Source of the DNA: Promethearchaeia archaeon | Lineage (GTDB): Archaea; Asgardarchaeota; Lokiarchaeia; Sigyniarchaeales; SOKP01 | Direction: 5' to 3' | Length of the DNA: 32,000 nt | NCBI GenBank assembly: GCA_046497275.1 | Contig: JAWOFX010000080.1 | Coordinates: 30,001-62,000, forward strand | The notes under the pieces: generated by a model | Told to the model about the DNA's origin: nothing | The model's database searches: none | Seen by the model: only the letters and a program-made list of their open reading frames with translations | In this document: positions 1 through 9,482 of the stretch, piece after piece | Position numbering within the stretch: the stretch's first letter is position 1 | How the letters are laid out: the number at the start of each line of letters is the position of its first letter | Position numbers and translations under genes: made by a program

Positions 1-155
1 CAATATATCAATGTGATCATCCCACTTAACCAAATGATAGGTAAATAGACTAATAAAAATTTTAAATTTATTCGACTAATGGCTGAGGAAGTAATAAAAT
101 TTACTAAATATTCCTCTTCTTCATCTTGCTCTTCTTTTTTATTATTTTCCTCCAT
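1..155 (-). CDS. 5' part of a membrane protein (runs off the window)
   Basis: Manual translation from ATG at 155: MEENNKKEEQDEEEEYLVNFITSSAISRINLKFLLVYLPIIWLSGMITLIY..., an acidic N-terminus followed by a hydrophobic helix. It starts 1 nt after the stop of 157..1062 and has the same layout. Confidence 0.7.
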   Translation of the reverse strand, partial: MEENNKKEEQDEEEEYLVNFITSSAISRINLKFLLVYLPIIWLSGMITLIY

Positions 156-156
156 C

Positions 157-1062
157 TTAATCGGCTTTTTCTTTTTTTTGTGTTTGTTTTTCTTCTAATT
201 TTTCGGCTCTTTCAAGATCTTCATCAGTCAAATCTAAGAATTTTTTTAATTTACGTGAAAACAATTTTCGAATAGGCATACCAAAATAATAATATCCTCC
301 TTTTGCTACTGTAAACTTCAGAGTCGCAGATCCAGGAAAGACATATGAATTATCTCCTAATTCTGTCCCAGGAGCTAAAGGAGATTCAGCACCAACCGTG
401 CAATTATCCCCTAATTTAACTTTGAAATAGTAAATATTCCCAAAAATTCCCTCTACAAGATGACTTGCTAATGAAGCATTTGGACCAACATAACAGTTCT
501 TTCCTGTTATTGCAAATCTATCTCCACATACTTCCTCTTCTACGGTAGTTCCTTTTCCATAATCAGTTGATCCTATGAAATTAAACATCCATGTAAAAAG
601 CCAGGGAAACATACCCTTCATTATAGTGTTTTTTGGATATTTCAATAAAAATGACCGAATATGGTATAATGAAGCAGTTTTACTGGGTATATTTCGTGGA
701 ATCACCCCATCTTTAGCTGGAGATATTTTTTGGGTAAATCCATACCAAAATTTCGTTACCGCAGCAGCAAAGAAAATATGTAAGAAAGCACATAGTATTA
801 AAACAATTGGAAAAAATAAGAGAGAAAGCAAAGGTTCTAATTCTGTGAAGATTAAAATAAAATTAGATGTATCTAAAAAATATGGTACAAAAAATAAAAA
901 TATGTATAAGAAAAATAAAATCCCAGGAATAACCCAAGAAATGAAATAAACAGTGACGAATCCAATAATATACCAATGCCACTTTATTGGCTGTTCTCTC
1001 TTTATTATATCCAGATCCTCATTATTATCTTCTTGCTCTTGATTATTTGAATCTTTTTTCAA
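157..1062 (-). CDS. Membrane protein with C-terminal left-handed beta-helix (hexapeptide-repeat) acyltransferase-like domain
   Basis: 2-3 N-terminal hydrophobic helices, then hexapeptide repeats (ITGKNCYVGPNASL, VKLGDNCTVGAESPL, TELGDNSYVFPGS). Confidence 0.7.
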   Translation of the reverse strand: MKKDSNNQEQEDNNEDLDIIKREQPIKWHWYIIGFVTVYFISWVIPGILFFLYIFLFFVPYFLDTSNFILIFTELEPLLSLLFFPIVLILCAFLHIFFAAAVTKFWYGFTQKISPAKDGVIPRNIPSKTASLYHIRSFLLKYPKNTIMKGMFPWLFTWMFNFIGSTDYGKGTTVEEEVCGDRFAITGKNCYVGPNASLASHLVEGIFGNIYYFKVKLGDNCTVGAESPLAPGTELGDNSYVFPGSATLKFTVAKGGYYYFGMPIRKLFSRKLKKFLDLTDEDLERAEKLEEKQTQKKEKAD

Positions 1063-1472
1063 AGAGTCCCATCTCGAAAGAATATTAATTTTTAATTTTT
1101 TTAAAGCGAGATATTATTTTATTGAGCCATATTATAACAGCTTATAGATTACGTGCTTATTTAATAGTAAATTCAATACTCTTAAAAAATTTCTCGATAT
1201 GAAAATCGTTTTTTAATCGACTAATTTCGTTTCCTTTTTTCTTTAAATGTAAATTAAAGCCATATAATTATGCAAAAATATTTTTAATTCAATTTATAGA
1301 ATTTGGAATTCAATGGCAATTGTAAGAATTCTTGAAAAAGAAGAAATATAATGAAATATTTTAATAGTAAATGGATGGACTCTATTTATTGATTAATAAT
1401 AATATATTAATTTAGATAATTCTCATATAAAATATTAAACCAAAATCTAATAATATAGAAAAAGAGTGAAAT

Positions 1473-1478
1473 GAGGAG
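1473..1478 (+). promoter_or_regulatory. Shine-Dalgarno of nrdJ
   Basis: GAGGAG 5 nt before the TTG start at 1484. Confidence 0.55.
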
Positions 1479-1483
1479 TTAAT

Positions 1484-4400
1484 TTGACGAATAAATCATT
1501 CTCTCTCGAAGATCTCTATCCTAAATATGTAATAAATAGTAAAGGAGAGAAAATTCCATTCGAGGAGACCAAAATTGCCACCGTTTTAAATAGAGAGACG
1601 GGTCTCGATATGCACATAGCCGAGAGTATAGCCGAGGATGTTTTAAGAAAGGTTATCGGTTTAGGGGTTGATGAAATCACTACTAATCACCTTAGAGAAC
1701 TAGTTTGTGTTGAGCTTACTCAAAGAGGTATGAATAAATATCGAAATCTATTCGCGAGAGCAATCAATTTAGAAAATATTAGTTTTAAGCTAGATGATCA
1801 ATTTATTGAGAAATATAAACATAAACAACCAGATTGGGGTCCTCTCGGACACTTCACTTATAAAAGAACATATGCGAGAATAATTGAGAAGGAAGGGAGA
1901 AAAGAAGAATTCTGGGAAACCATTAGAAGAGTAGTTGAAGGATGCTATTCTATTCAAAAAGAACATTGTATGAAGCTAAGTTTACCTTGGGATACTGAAA
2001 AAGCTCAAAGATCTGCCCAAAAAATGTTTGAGAAAATATGGAATTTTAAATTTTGCCCACCTGGTAGAGGTTTATGGATGATGGGTACAGACTTCATAGC
2101 TCGACATGGGTCTATGGCATTGAATAATTGCGGGTTTGCATCCACAGAAGATATTAATTTAAAGTATTCGAAAGCCTTTGAGTTTGTGATGGATGCGCTT
2201 ATGTTAGGGGTAGGGGTAGGATTTGATACTAAGGGAGCAGGGAAAATAGTAATCAAAAAACCACAAGAAGGTCATTTTAAATTTGTCATCTCTGATAGTA
2301 GAGAAGGTTGGGTTGAAGCCCTCAAACTTATGCTGGAGGCATATTTCATAGGGCAACAAATTCCAGAATATGATTTCTCCGAAATTAGGCCCGCAGGTAC
2401 TCCTATCAGAGGTTTTGGGGGTATCGCGTCTGGTCCAGAACCACTAAAAGAAATGTTACAAGATCAACAAAAAATATTAGAAAAAAGAATTGGAGAACCG
2501 ATTACCTCAGTAGATATTTTAGATATAATGAATCTTATTGGGAAATGCGTCGTAGCCGGTAATGTAAGACGATGTTTGCCTGAGGGAACTTTAATTCATA
2601 CAAAAAATGGATTAATTCCTATAGAAAAACTAAATCCAGGAACCCTAATAGAAACTACCAAAGGATATTATCCCATTTTAGAAGTAATATCTCAAGGTCA
2701 ACAAAATCTTATAAGAATTAACTCACAGATTGGAGAATTTCTCTGTACCAAAAATCATCAAATTGCGGTTATGACAAAGATTGGACAATATACTTGGAAA
2801 AAAGCCATAGATCTCAAAAGGGGAGATAGAATTGTATTCCCGATACACATTTCCAAAGGAAGGGATACTCACCTTCCAGAATGGTCATATGATAAACCAG
2901 ATCATTCAACAACTTGTAAAGATATAACAATTCCTCCATTAGATGAAGACTTAGCATGGTTTTTGGGTTACTTTCATGGTGATGGATGTGTAATTCCAAA
3001 TTTTGAAAATAACGGACTCAATGCTGAAATAAATGTTGCCATAGATAAGGAGCATAAATTGATTATAAAAAAGTGTAAAGAGCAATTACAACGGTTTGGA
3101 GTGAATATTTATTCTCCAGAATTAGAAGAAAAGTGTGTAAAGTTAAGATGTATATCTAAACAACTTTCTTGGTATTTTGATCACTTTAAACAATCAAATA
3201 CATCAATAAGAATCCCAGATTATATTATGGAAGGAAAACCTGAAATTAGGGCAGCCTATTTAGCAGGACTTTTTGACGCTGATGGTTCTTCTTTAACTCG
3301 CCCAATTCATCTAGTTGTTTCTATTTATCCCAAATTTATTCAACAAGTTAAAGCTTTATATGCCTCATTGGGAATTCCTACCCGAATTAAGAAATTAGAT
3401 CGATCAAATTTAGATAATTGGAAAGATATCTTTAACCTAGATCTGGTGGGTGAGGTAGCAATAAATAGATTCCTAAATATTGTACAAAATTACTCATTAA
3501 AATTTACCTTTAATAGAAAAACAAAAAGAAGCCAAAATGACTTTGGTTATCCCAGAGAATGGATTCTAGAAAGTAATTTTAAGTACGGAAGGAAGTGGAC
3601 ACCTAGTCAAAAACAAATGACTGTCGCGACATATATGAAATGTGGAGGAGAAATAAACAATTTAATACCTATTGAAGTTTTTGAGGTCATAAATAGTGAT
3701 AATTCAAAATATAATACTTTTGATATCTCAGTAGCAAATGTCCATGAATTAATAGCAGCTGATGGAATATTAGTTCATAATAGTGCTGAAATAGCATTAG
3801 GAGATGCGACTGATTTTGATTTTATTACATGTAAGCAGGATAAGGAAAAACTATATCATCACAGGTGGGCAAGCAATAATAGTTTATTCGCCAAGAAGGG
3901 ATTAGATTATTCTTTCATTGCTGACCAAATCGCTATAAATGGAGAACCCGGAATATTTTGGCTCGAAAATGCTCGTGCATATTCTAGAATGAAGGAGAAA
4001 CCAGATTATAAAGACAAAAAGGCAGCAGGTGTTAATCCTTGCGGGGAACAAACCTTAGAATCTTTTGAGTTATGCTGTTTAGTTGAAACTTTCCCTTCCC
4101 GTCATGAATCGTATGAGGAATTCGAGGAAACTCTTAAATATGCCTATTTATATGCAAAATCAGTCACTTTAGTAAATACACATTGGAAAGAAACTAATGC
4201 AGTCATGTTAAAAAATAGACGTATGGGTGTTTCTCAAACGGGCATAATTGAAGCATTTATTAAACATGGAAGGCATAGAATTCTTGAGTGGTGTGACAAA
4301 GGTTATAAATTTCTAAACACTTTAGATGAGAAATATTCACATTGGTTATGCGTACCAAGATCAATTAAAATTACCACAGTTAAACCCAGTGGTACAGTTT

Positions 4401-4927
4401 CGCTACTTCCAGGTGTGAGTTCTGGAATTCATTATCCACATTCAGAATATTATATCCGTAGAATTAGAGTATCTAGTAACTCAGATTTAATTGCACCATT
4501 AAAAGAATCGGGCTATAAAATTGAGGACGATCATTATTCGAAAAATTCAGTGGTCGTAGAATTTCCCGTCCACGAAGAATATTATGATCGCGGAAAAGAT
4601 GACGTATCAATCTGGGAGCAAGCAGAAAATGCAGCCTCATATCAAAAATATTGGTCCGATAACCAAGTTTCAATTACAATCACGTTTACTCCAGAAGAGG
4701 CTGATCAGATTGAGCGTGTATTAGAATGTTTCGAAGACAAACTAAAAGCAGTGAGTTTCCTCCCTATAAAAGAGCATGGATATAAACAAGCTCCGTATGA
4801 AAAAATCTCAAAAGAAAAATATGAAGAAATGTCCTCAAAATTAAAGCCTTTAAATTTATCAAGTACAGCAGACAGAGCAATTGGAGAGAAATTTTGCGAT
4901 TCAGATTCATGCGAAGTGAATTATTGA
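1484..4927 (+). CDS. nrdJ: Adenosylcobalamin-dependent (class II, monomeric/RTPR-type) ribonucleotide reductase with N-terminal ATP-cone and an intein
   Basis: RTPR-type motifs: TYKRTYAR, PPGRGLW, NNCGF, MLGVGVGFD, GNVRR/SAEI, NPCGEQ (catalytic N-x-C-x-E), ELCCLVE, TTVKPSGT, C-terminal CDSDSC cysteine pair. Confidence 0.95.
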   Translation: MTNKSFSLEDLYPKYVINSKGEKIPFEETKIATVLNRETGLDMHIAESIAEDVLRKVIGLGVDEITTNHLRELVCVELTQRGMNKYRNLFARAINLENISFKLDDQFIEKYKHKQPDWGPLGHFTYKRTYARIIEKEGRKEEFWETIRRVVEGCYSIQKEHCMKLSLPWDTEKAQRSAQKMFEKIWNFKFCPPGRGLWMMGTDFIARHGSMALNNCGFASTEDINLKYSKAFEFVMDALMLGVGVGFDTKGAGKIVIKKPQEGHFKFVISDSREGWVEALKLMLEAYFIGQQIPEYDFSEIRPAGTPIRGFGGIASGPEPLKEMLQDQQKILEKRIGEPITSVDILDIMNLIGKCVVAGNVRRCLPEGTLIHTKNGLIPIEKLNPGTLIETTKGYYPILEVISQGQQNLIRINSQIGEFLCTKNHQIAVMTKIGQYTWKKAIDLKRGDRIVFPIHISKGRDTHLPEWSYDKPDHSTTCKDITIPPLDEDLAWFLGYFHGDGCVIPNFENNGLNAEINVAIDKEHKLIIKKCKEQLQRFGVNIYSPELEEKCVKLRCISKQLSWYFDHFKQSNTSIRIPDYIMEGKPEIRAAYLAGLFDADGSSLTRPIHLVVSIYPKFIQQVKALYASLGIPTRIKKLDRSNLDNWKDIFNLDLVGEVAINRFLNIVQNYSLKFTFNRKTKRSQNDFGYPREWILESNFKYGRKWTPSQKQMTVATYMKCGGEINNLIPIEVFEVINSDNSKYNTFDISVANVHELIAADGILVHNSAEIALGDATDFDFITCKQDKEKLYHHRWASNNSLFAKKGLDYSFIADQIAINGEPGIFWLENARAYSRMKEKPDYKDKKAAGVNPCGEQTLESFELCCLVETFPSRHESYEEFEETLKYAYLYAKSVTLVNTHWKETNAVMLKNRRMGVSQTGIIEAFIKHGRHRILEWCDKGYKFLNTLDEKYSHWLCVPRSIKITTVKPSGTVSLLPGVSSGIHYPHSEYYIRRIRVSSNSDLIAPLKESGYKIEDDHYSKNSVVVEFPVHEEYYDRGKDDVSIWEQAENAASYQKYWSDNQVSITITFTPEEADQIERVLECFEDKLKAVSFLPIKEHGYKQAPYEKISKEKYEEMSSKLKPLNLSSTADRAIGEKFCDSDSCEVNY
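2573..3781 (+). mobile_element. Intein (403 aa) with LAGLIDADG homing endonuclease
   Basis: Begins CLPEGT (Cys1), block B FLCTKNH, endonuclease motifs LAWFLGYFHGDG and YLAGLFDADG, ends ILVHN followed by Ser(+1). Removal restores GNVRR|SAEIALG. Confidence 0.95.
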
Positions 4928-6057
4928 ATACTCTTCATGGTTTCTTTATATCTTCTATACTTTCTTTTTCCGAAACTTATTACTTTAGCAAGCATTTCAG
5001 ACTTTTGAATCGATGTATTAAAATCGTTGGGTTCCCTTATATATTCTTCCTTCAAAGCATTATCATAGATTTTTCTGCCAATTGGAGTTCTAACTAATGT
5101 AGTAGTAAAATGATTTTGAGATCCTAAACCCCCAAAAGAGATATCAGCATAAATATTTGAAAAATCTTTGCAAGCATAACATGCAGATCTAATTATCCCA
5201 TTTAATTCCGTAAAAGGAATAAAAATCTTATTTTGATCGTTAAGTTGTAAGATTAATTCTTCTTTTATATTCATTTTTTTAACATCATCAAATGAAAAAT
5301 GAAATTTTTCTTCTAAATTCCTTCTTTCATTCTCTGAAAAGGAAAAATTAAAATTACAAAAAAGACCTAAAGTATATTTGATTACATGAGCAGGTAATAT
5401 ACTTAATTCCTGCATTTTTCTAATAGAATGAATTTGGCATGGAGTACCTACAATAGCAATATCCATTAGACTAGAATCTACTAAATGTTTTAATTCTGTA
5501 ATGGTGGGAACAAATGAATCATAATTTTCCAATTTAACTACTCCATGTGATAGATCATAGTGAGATCCTGCTGCTTCAATGAGATCTTTTTTATTTTTAG
5601 CGAAGAAAGGAATTCTATTGAATAAACTCTCTTCTTTTGAGACAATCGCTCCTTGGATTAAATTATTATCTAATAGATATGTTAATATTGCTGTTACCAC
5701 CCCACCATCCGTTGCGTTCTTTAAAATTTCTTTTGAAGTGGCTTGACTTGATGTTATTTTATCCCAATTTCCTATAGATGTTTTATAATTATATTTCTCA
5801 TTTAATTCTTCATCTAAAACATGAGTTTGAGGGCAAATTAAATAACAAATACCACATTCAAGGCAGTTATCCTTATTGACATATTTTGGAGGTCCGGAAT
5901 TCGACATTCCTATTGCTTTTATCTCATCTGCAGAACAGAAACTTACACATCCTCCACATTCTCCACATATCCCTTTATCATGAACCTCATTTATTAAATC
6001 ATCAAAAGATTTCGGTAATGTTTCTTTTACTTTATTTTCATTTAAATTATTAGTCAT
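4921..6057 (-). CDS. frhB: Coenzyme F420 hydrogenase/dehydrogenase beta-subunit (FrhB/FdhB) family protein with N-terminal 2x[4Fe-4S]
   Basis: CGECGGCVSFC and CLECGICYLICP ferredoxin motifs; DGGVVTAIL, IVGTPCQ, LGLFC, CYACKDF...ADISFG are typical of the FrhB family. Confidence 0.85.
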   Translation of the reverse strand: MTNNLNENKVKETLPKSFDDLINEVHDKGICGECGGCVSFCSADEIKAIGMSNSGPPKYVNKDNCLECGICYLICPQTHVLDEELNEKYNYKTSIGNWDKITSSQATSKEILKNATDGGVVTAILTYLLDNNLIQGAIVSKEESLFNRIPFFAKNKKDLIEAAGSHYDLSHGVVKLENYDSFVPTITELKHLVDSSLMDIAIVGTPCQIHSIRKMQELSILPAHVIKYTLGLFCNFNFSFSENERRNLEEKFHFSFDDVKKMNIKEELILQLNDQNKIFIPFTELNGIIRSACYACKDFSNIYADISFGGLGSQNHFTTTLVRTPIGRKIYDNALKEEYIREPNDFNTSIQKSEMLAKVISFGKRKYRRYKETMKSIQ

Positions 6058-6072
6058 TTCACTTTCCCTCGC

Positions 6073-6915
6073 TTAATATTCATCCGGCATATCTTCTAAT
6101 TCTTTTAAAGAAAAAACAGGTCCGTCTATGCAAACATATTTATCACCAATATTACATCTCCCACATTTCCCAACTCCACATTTCATTCTCATTTCTAATG
6201 AATTTAATATTTGTTCTGAGGAGAAACCCAATTCTTTCAAGACATCGATTGTTGTCTTGATCATTATCGGGGGTCCACAGACTGTTGCTATGGAGTTATC
6301 TGGTGATGGTGAAATTTCTTTTACAACTGGTGCGACATATCCAACCATACCATCCCAACCTTCTGCCTCTTGGTCAATAGTTAAATATATATTAAGATCA
6401 TCACGTATATTCCATCTTTCAATTTCAAGTTCATATAGCAGTTCTCCTGGATTTCTATTTCCATAAATCACTGTGATATTCCCATATTCAGATCTATTAT
6501 TCTCATGTATGAGGTATTCTGTTAATGATCTTAATGTGGAAAAAGCAAATCCTCCTCCGATAATGACTATATTTTTCTTTTTCATATCTTCAATTGGCCA
6601 TCCATTCCCAAAGGGACCCCTAATTCCAACTATATTCCCTTCTTTACTATTATGCATAGCAGTCGTTACTGTTCCCATTCTTTTTACAGTAAATTTAAGC
6701 GAATCTGGTTCTGTTGGTGAGGAAGCAATTCCAATAGGACATTCTCCTTTCCCTAAGATACTTAATTCAGCAAATTGACCTGGAATATAATTGAATTCTT
6801 CTAAATCTCCTTGATTCTTAAATATTAATTCGAATGTTTTTATATCATTAGCTTGATTTTCAGATCTAATGGTTCTAATTTCAGTCAATTTTGGCATATA
6901 GAGTTCAGGCAACAA
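6073..6915 (-). CDS. flxA: FAD/NAD(P)-binding oxidoreductase with [2Fe-2S], FlxA/AsrB/HdrF-like
   Basis: FNR-family motifs RGPFGNGW, GGGFAF, CGPPIM and C-terminal KCGVGKCGRC...VCIDGP. Confidence 0.85.
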   Translation of the reverse strand: MLPELYMPKLTEIRTIRSENQANDIKTFELIFKNQGDLEEFNYIPGQFAELSILGKGECPIGIASSPTEPDSLKFTVKRMGTVTTAMHNSKEGNIVGIRGPFGNGWPIEDMKKKNIVIIGGGFAFSTLRSLTEYLIHENNRSEYGNITVIYGNRNPGELLYELEIERWNIRDDLNIYLTIDQEAEGWDGMVGYVAPVVKEISPSPDNSIATVCGPPIMIKTTIDVLKELGFSSEQILNSLEMRMKCGVGKCGRCNIGDKYVCIDGPVFSLKELEDMPDEY

Positions 6916-7981
6916 GTAATTTCTCCTCCTCCTCTTTATTTAGTTTTTGAAATTTCTCTAAAATTACCCTTATATCATTATTTACAGGGCAATATTGAAT
7001 ACATCTACCGCATCCAACACATCCTATTAAATCATAATTCTTTGGGTAATAGCAGAATTTATGCAAAATTCGGTTTCTACATCTTTGAATTCTAGACGAT
7101 CTTGGATTATGTCCACTAGTGTGGAGGGTATATAATGGAAATTGACAGGTATCCCAAATCCTAACTCTTCTACCTCTGTTATTATAATGATCTTCTTCAT
7201 CTATGACATCAAAACAATGACATGTTGGACATAAAAAAGCACATGTGCCACATCCAATACAAACTTCACTTATCTCTTTCCATAATGAATTATAAAAGTT
7301 ATTATCAAGTTTTTCTGAGATATTCTCTAAATTTAAATTAGTTTCAATCGCAGATTCAGCTTTATTTGCTAATTCCACCGACTTTTTTAAATCATTTTTA
7401 CTGGCTTTATTTAACCATGAAATTCCCTCAATTAACTCTTTCCCCTTATCTGAAATTGGAGTAACTAAATATTTTTCCGTTAAATCCACTAAAAATATAT
7501 CTACATCATCATCTTTAAATGGATGACCATTAACAGATGTACAGAAACAAGTATTTTTTGGTGTATTACATCCAATTCCAATTAGAATTGTATTTTCCCT
7601 CTTTTTCAAAAATAAATCATCTTCAAATTTCCCAAAACTAAAAAAAGTCTTTAATAATGTAAAGCTATGAGCATCGCAAGGTCTAATACCAAGAATTATT
7701 CTCTTTTTTTCTAGATTATTTGATTCTTTAAAGACAATCTCATCACTTTTTTGTTCATATTCAAATAAAGTCTCGATCTGAGGGAAAATGACTGATTTTG
7801 GAGGTATTTTTGAATTTAGATAATCTAATTTTAATCTATCACTTTTATCAACCTTTTCAAAAACGATATTTCCCTTTTTCTCTATCGGACCATAAACTGA
7901 GTAATCTTTCAAAAATTCTTTTAATAGTCTATTCAAATCTTGTTTAAATATGATTTTTTCCAATTTTTTTCCACCTTCCAT
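6905..7981 (-). CDS. flxB: 4Fe-4S dicluster protein, FlxB/AsrA-like
   Basis: GIRPCD, CFC, CIGCGTCAFLCPTCHCF, GCVGCGRCIQYCP. The true start may be the TTG about 18 nt downstream (GAAGGTGG SD). Confidence 0.8.
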   Translation of the reverse strand: MEGGKKLEKIIFKQDLNRLLKEFLKDYSVYGPIEKKGNIVFEKVDKSDRLKLDYLNSKIPPKSVIFPQIETLFEYEQKSDEIVFKESNNLEKKRIILGIRPCDAHSFTLLKTFFSFGKFEDDLFLKKRENTILIGIGCNTPKNTCFCTSVNGHPFKDDDVDIFLVDLTEKYLVTPISDKGKELIEGISWLNKASKNDLKKSVELANKAESAIETNLNLENISEKLDNNFYNSLWKEISEVCIGCGTCAFLCPTCHCFDVIDEEDHYNNRGRRVRIWDTCQFPLYTLHTSGHNPRSSRIQRCRNRILHKFCYYPKNYDLIGCVGCGRCIQYCPVNNDIRVILEKFQKLNKEEEEKLLVA

Positions 7982-9012
7982 TATCCTTCTTCTTCTAACA
8001 TGAAATTTTGGTTATCATCCATATCGTGGGTCATCATCGGAGGTATCGTGGTAAGATCTGCACCACTAAAAAAATTAAATCTCTCTTTTACTATCTCTTC
8101 AATTTTTCTATTAATTAATGATAAGTCAATCCCTACTGGGCAAACACTAGAACATGAACCACAACCTACACATCTCCCTGCTAAATGCAAGGCGCGTATT
8201 AAATGGAATGAAATTATATCTGGAATTTCTGTAGTCTTTCCAAACCATTGAGGCATGTTCTGATCTACAAAACATAAATTACAATAACAAAATGGACATA
8301 CTTCCCTACATGCATAACATCTTGTACAACTTTGTAAAAGATCGTTAATATATTCCCATCTCTCTTCTGGTGATTTTTCTTCAAATTCTTTAATATCATC
8401 GAAGTTCAAATCCAAATCGGAAATATCTTGAAAATCTCCTTTAATATTTTCTGATAATTTTGGTATTTGAGGTGGGGATTTAATTTTACAAACTTTGCAT
8501 AATTCCATTAAATATTCATCAAATGGAAATTCCTCCTCAAAATCTTTCCCTTCTACAATAATATCTTGCCCTCTTACGGAAAGATTTGTGATTTCTCGCT
8601 CTCCTATTTCTTTTTCTATTCTTTTTCGATTAATTATTCCATTACACTTAATTCCAATAAATATAATGTCTTTTAAATCAATTTGATTTTCAAGTGAAAG
8701 TTGAATAATAGTCCTAGCTACACATCCTTTCGCTACTAACCCAATTTTTAAATTCTCCTCTGACTCTTCCTTACGGATAAATCTTGAGATATTTGAGGTT
8801 AAATATGATGCTAAATTAACATAACAGAGATTATTCCACATTAATTTTTCAACCTCATCAACTTCTCTAACAAATACTGGCAAATTACTTAAGGGAAATG
8901 TTCCATCCGAATAACCAATGATAAGATCAACCTCTTTTTCTTCTAGTAATTGTGTAGAAATTTCTCTTATTTTATCTGTTATTTTTTGATTTTGTATTTG
9001 TATATCTTCCAT
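7981..9012 (-). CDS. flxC: 4Fe-4S dicluster protein, FlxC-like
   Basis: KGCVAR, CTRCYACREVCPFCYC, RCVGCGSCSSVCP. Start moved to ATG 9012 (MEDIQIQ), which follows a GGTGA SD and the flxD stop. Confidence 0.75.
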   Translation of the reverse strand: MEDIQIQNQKITDKIREISTQLLEEKEVDLIIGYSDGTFPLSNLPVFVREVDEVEKLMWNNLCYVNLASYLTSNISRFIRKEESEENLKIGLVAKGCVARTIIQLSLENQIDLKDIIFIGIKCNGIINRKRIEKEIGEREITNLSVRGQDIIVEGKDFEEEFPFDEYLMELCKVCKIKSPPQIPKLSENIKGDFQDISDLDLNFDDIKEFEEKSPEERWEYINDLLQSCTRCYACREVCPFCYCNLCFVDQNMPQWFGKTTEIPDIISFHLIRALHLAGRCVGCGSCSSVCPVGIDLSLINRKIEEIVKERFNFFSGADLTTIPPMMTHDMDDNQNFMLEEEG

Positions 9013-9016
9013 ACTC

Positions 9017-9478
9017 TCACCATTTCTTATTGAATTTTTTATTAGGACCAATTTTTTTCACTCTTTCTGTTGCTGTTTTTATAAGTTTTGCAAATCTCTC
9101 TCCTTCAGCAGCAGATACCCACATAAAATTAATCCTTTCAGGTTCTATACCAAAAAATATTAATAAATCATTAAGAATTGCAAATCTCCGTCTCGCTACT
9201 AAATTGCCACTTATATAATGACAATCTCCAGGATGACATCCAGATACAACAACTCCATCCCAACCATCTAATAAACTTTTTACTATAAAAAATGGATTTA
9301 TCCTCCCAGAACAAGGAACTCTAACAATTCGTATATTTGGGGGATATTGGATTCTACTCACTCCTGCTAAATCAGCTCCCGCATAAGAACACCAATTGCA
9401 TAGAAATGCAATTATTTTCGGTTCCCATTCATCTTCTTGTTCTTTATTTACTTTTTTTTCAATACTTAATTCATTCAT
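9017..9478 (-). CDS. mvhD: MvhD/FlxD [2Fe-2S] subunit
   Basis: FLCNWCSYAGADLAG, VPCSGR, GCHPGDCHY, WVSAAEG. Confidence 0.92.
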   Translation of the reverse strand: MNELSIEKKVNKEQEDEWEPKIIAFLCNWCSYAGADLAGVSRIQYPPNIRIVRVPCSGRINPFFIVKSLLDGWDGVVVSGCHPGDCHYISGNLVARRRFAILNDLLIFFGIEPERINFMWVSAAEGERFAKLIKTATERVKKIGPNKKFNKKW

Positions 9479-9482
9479 TTTT

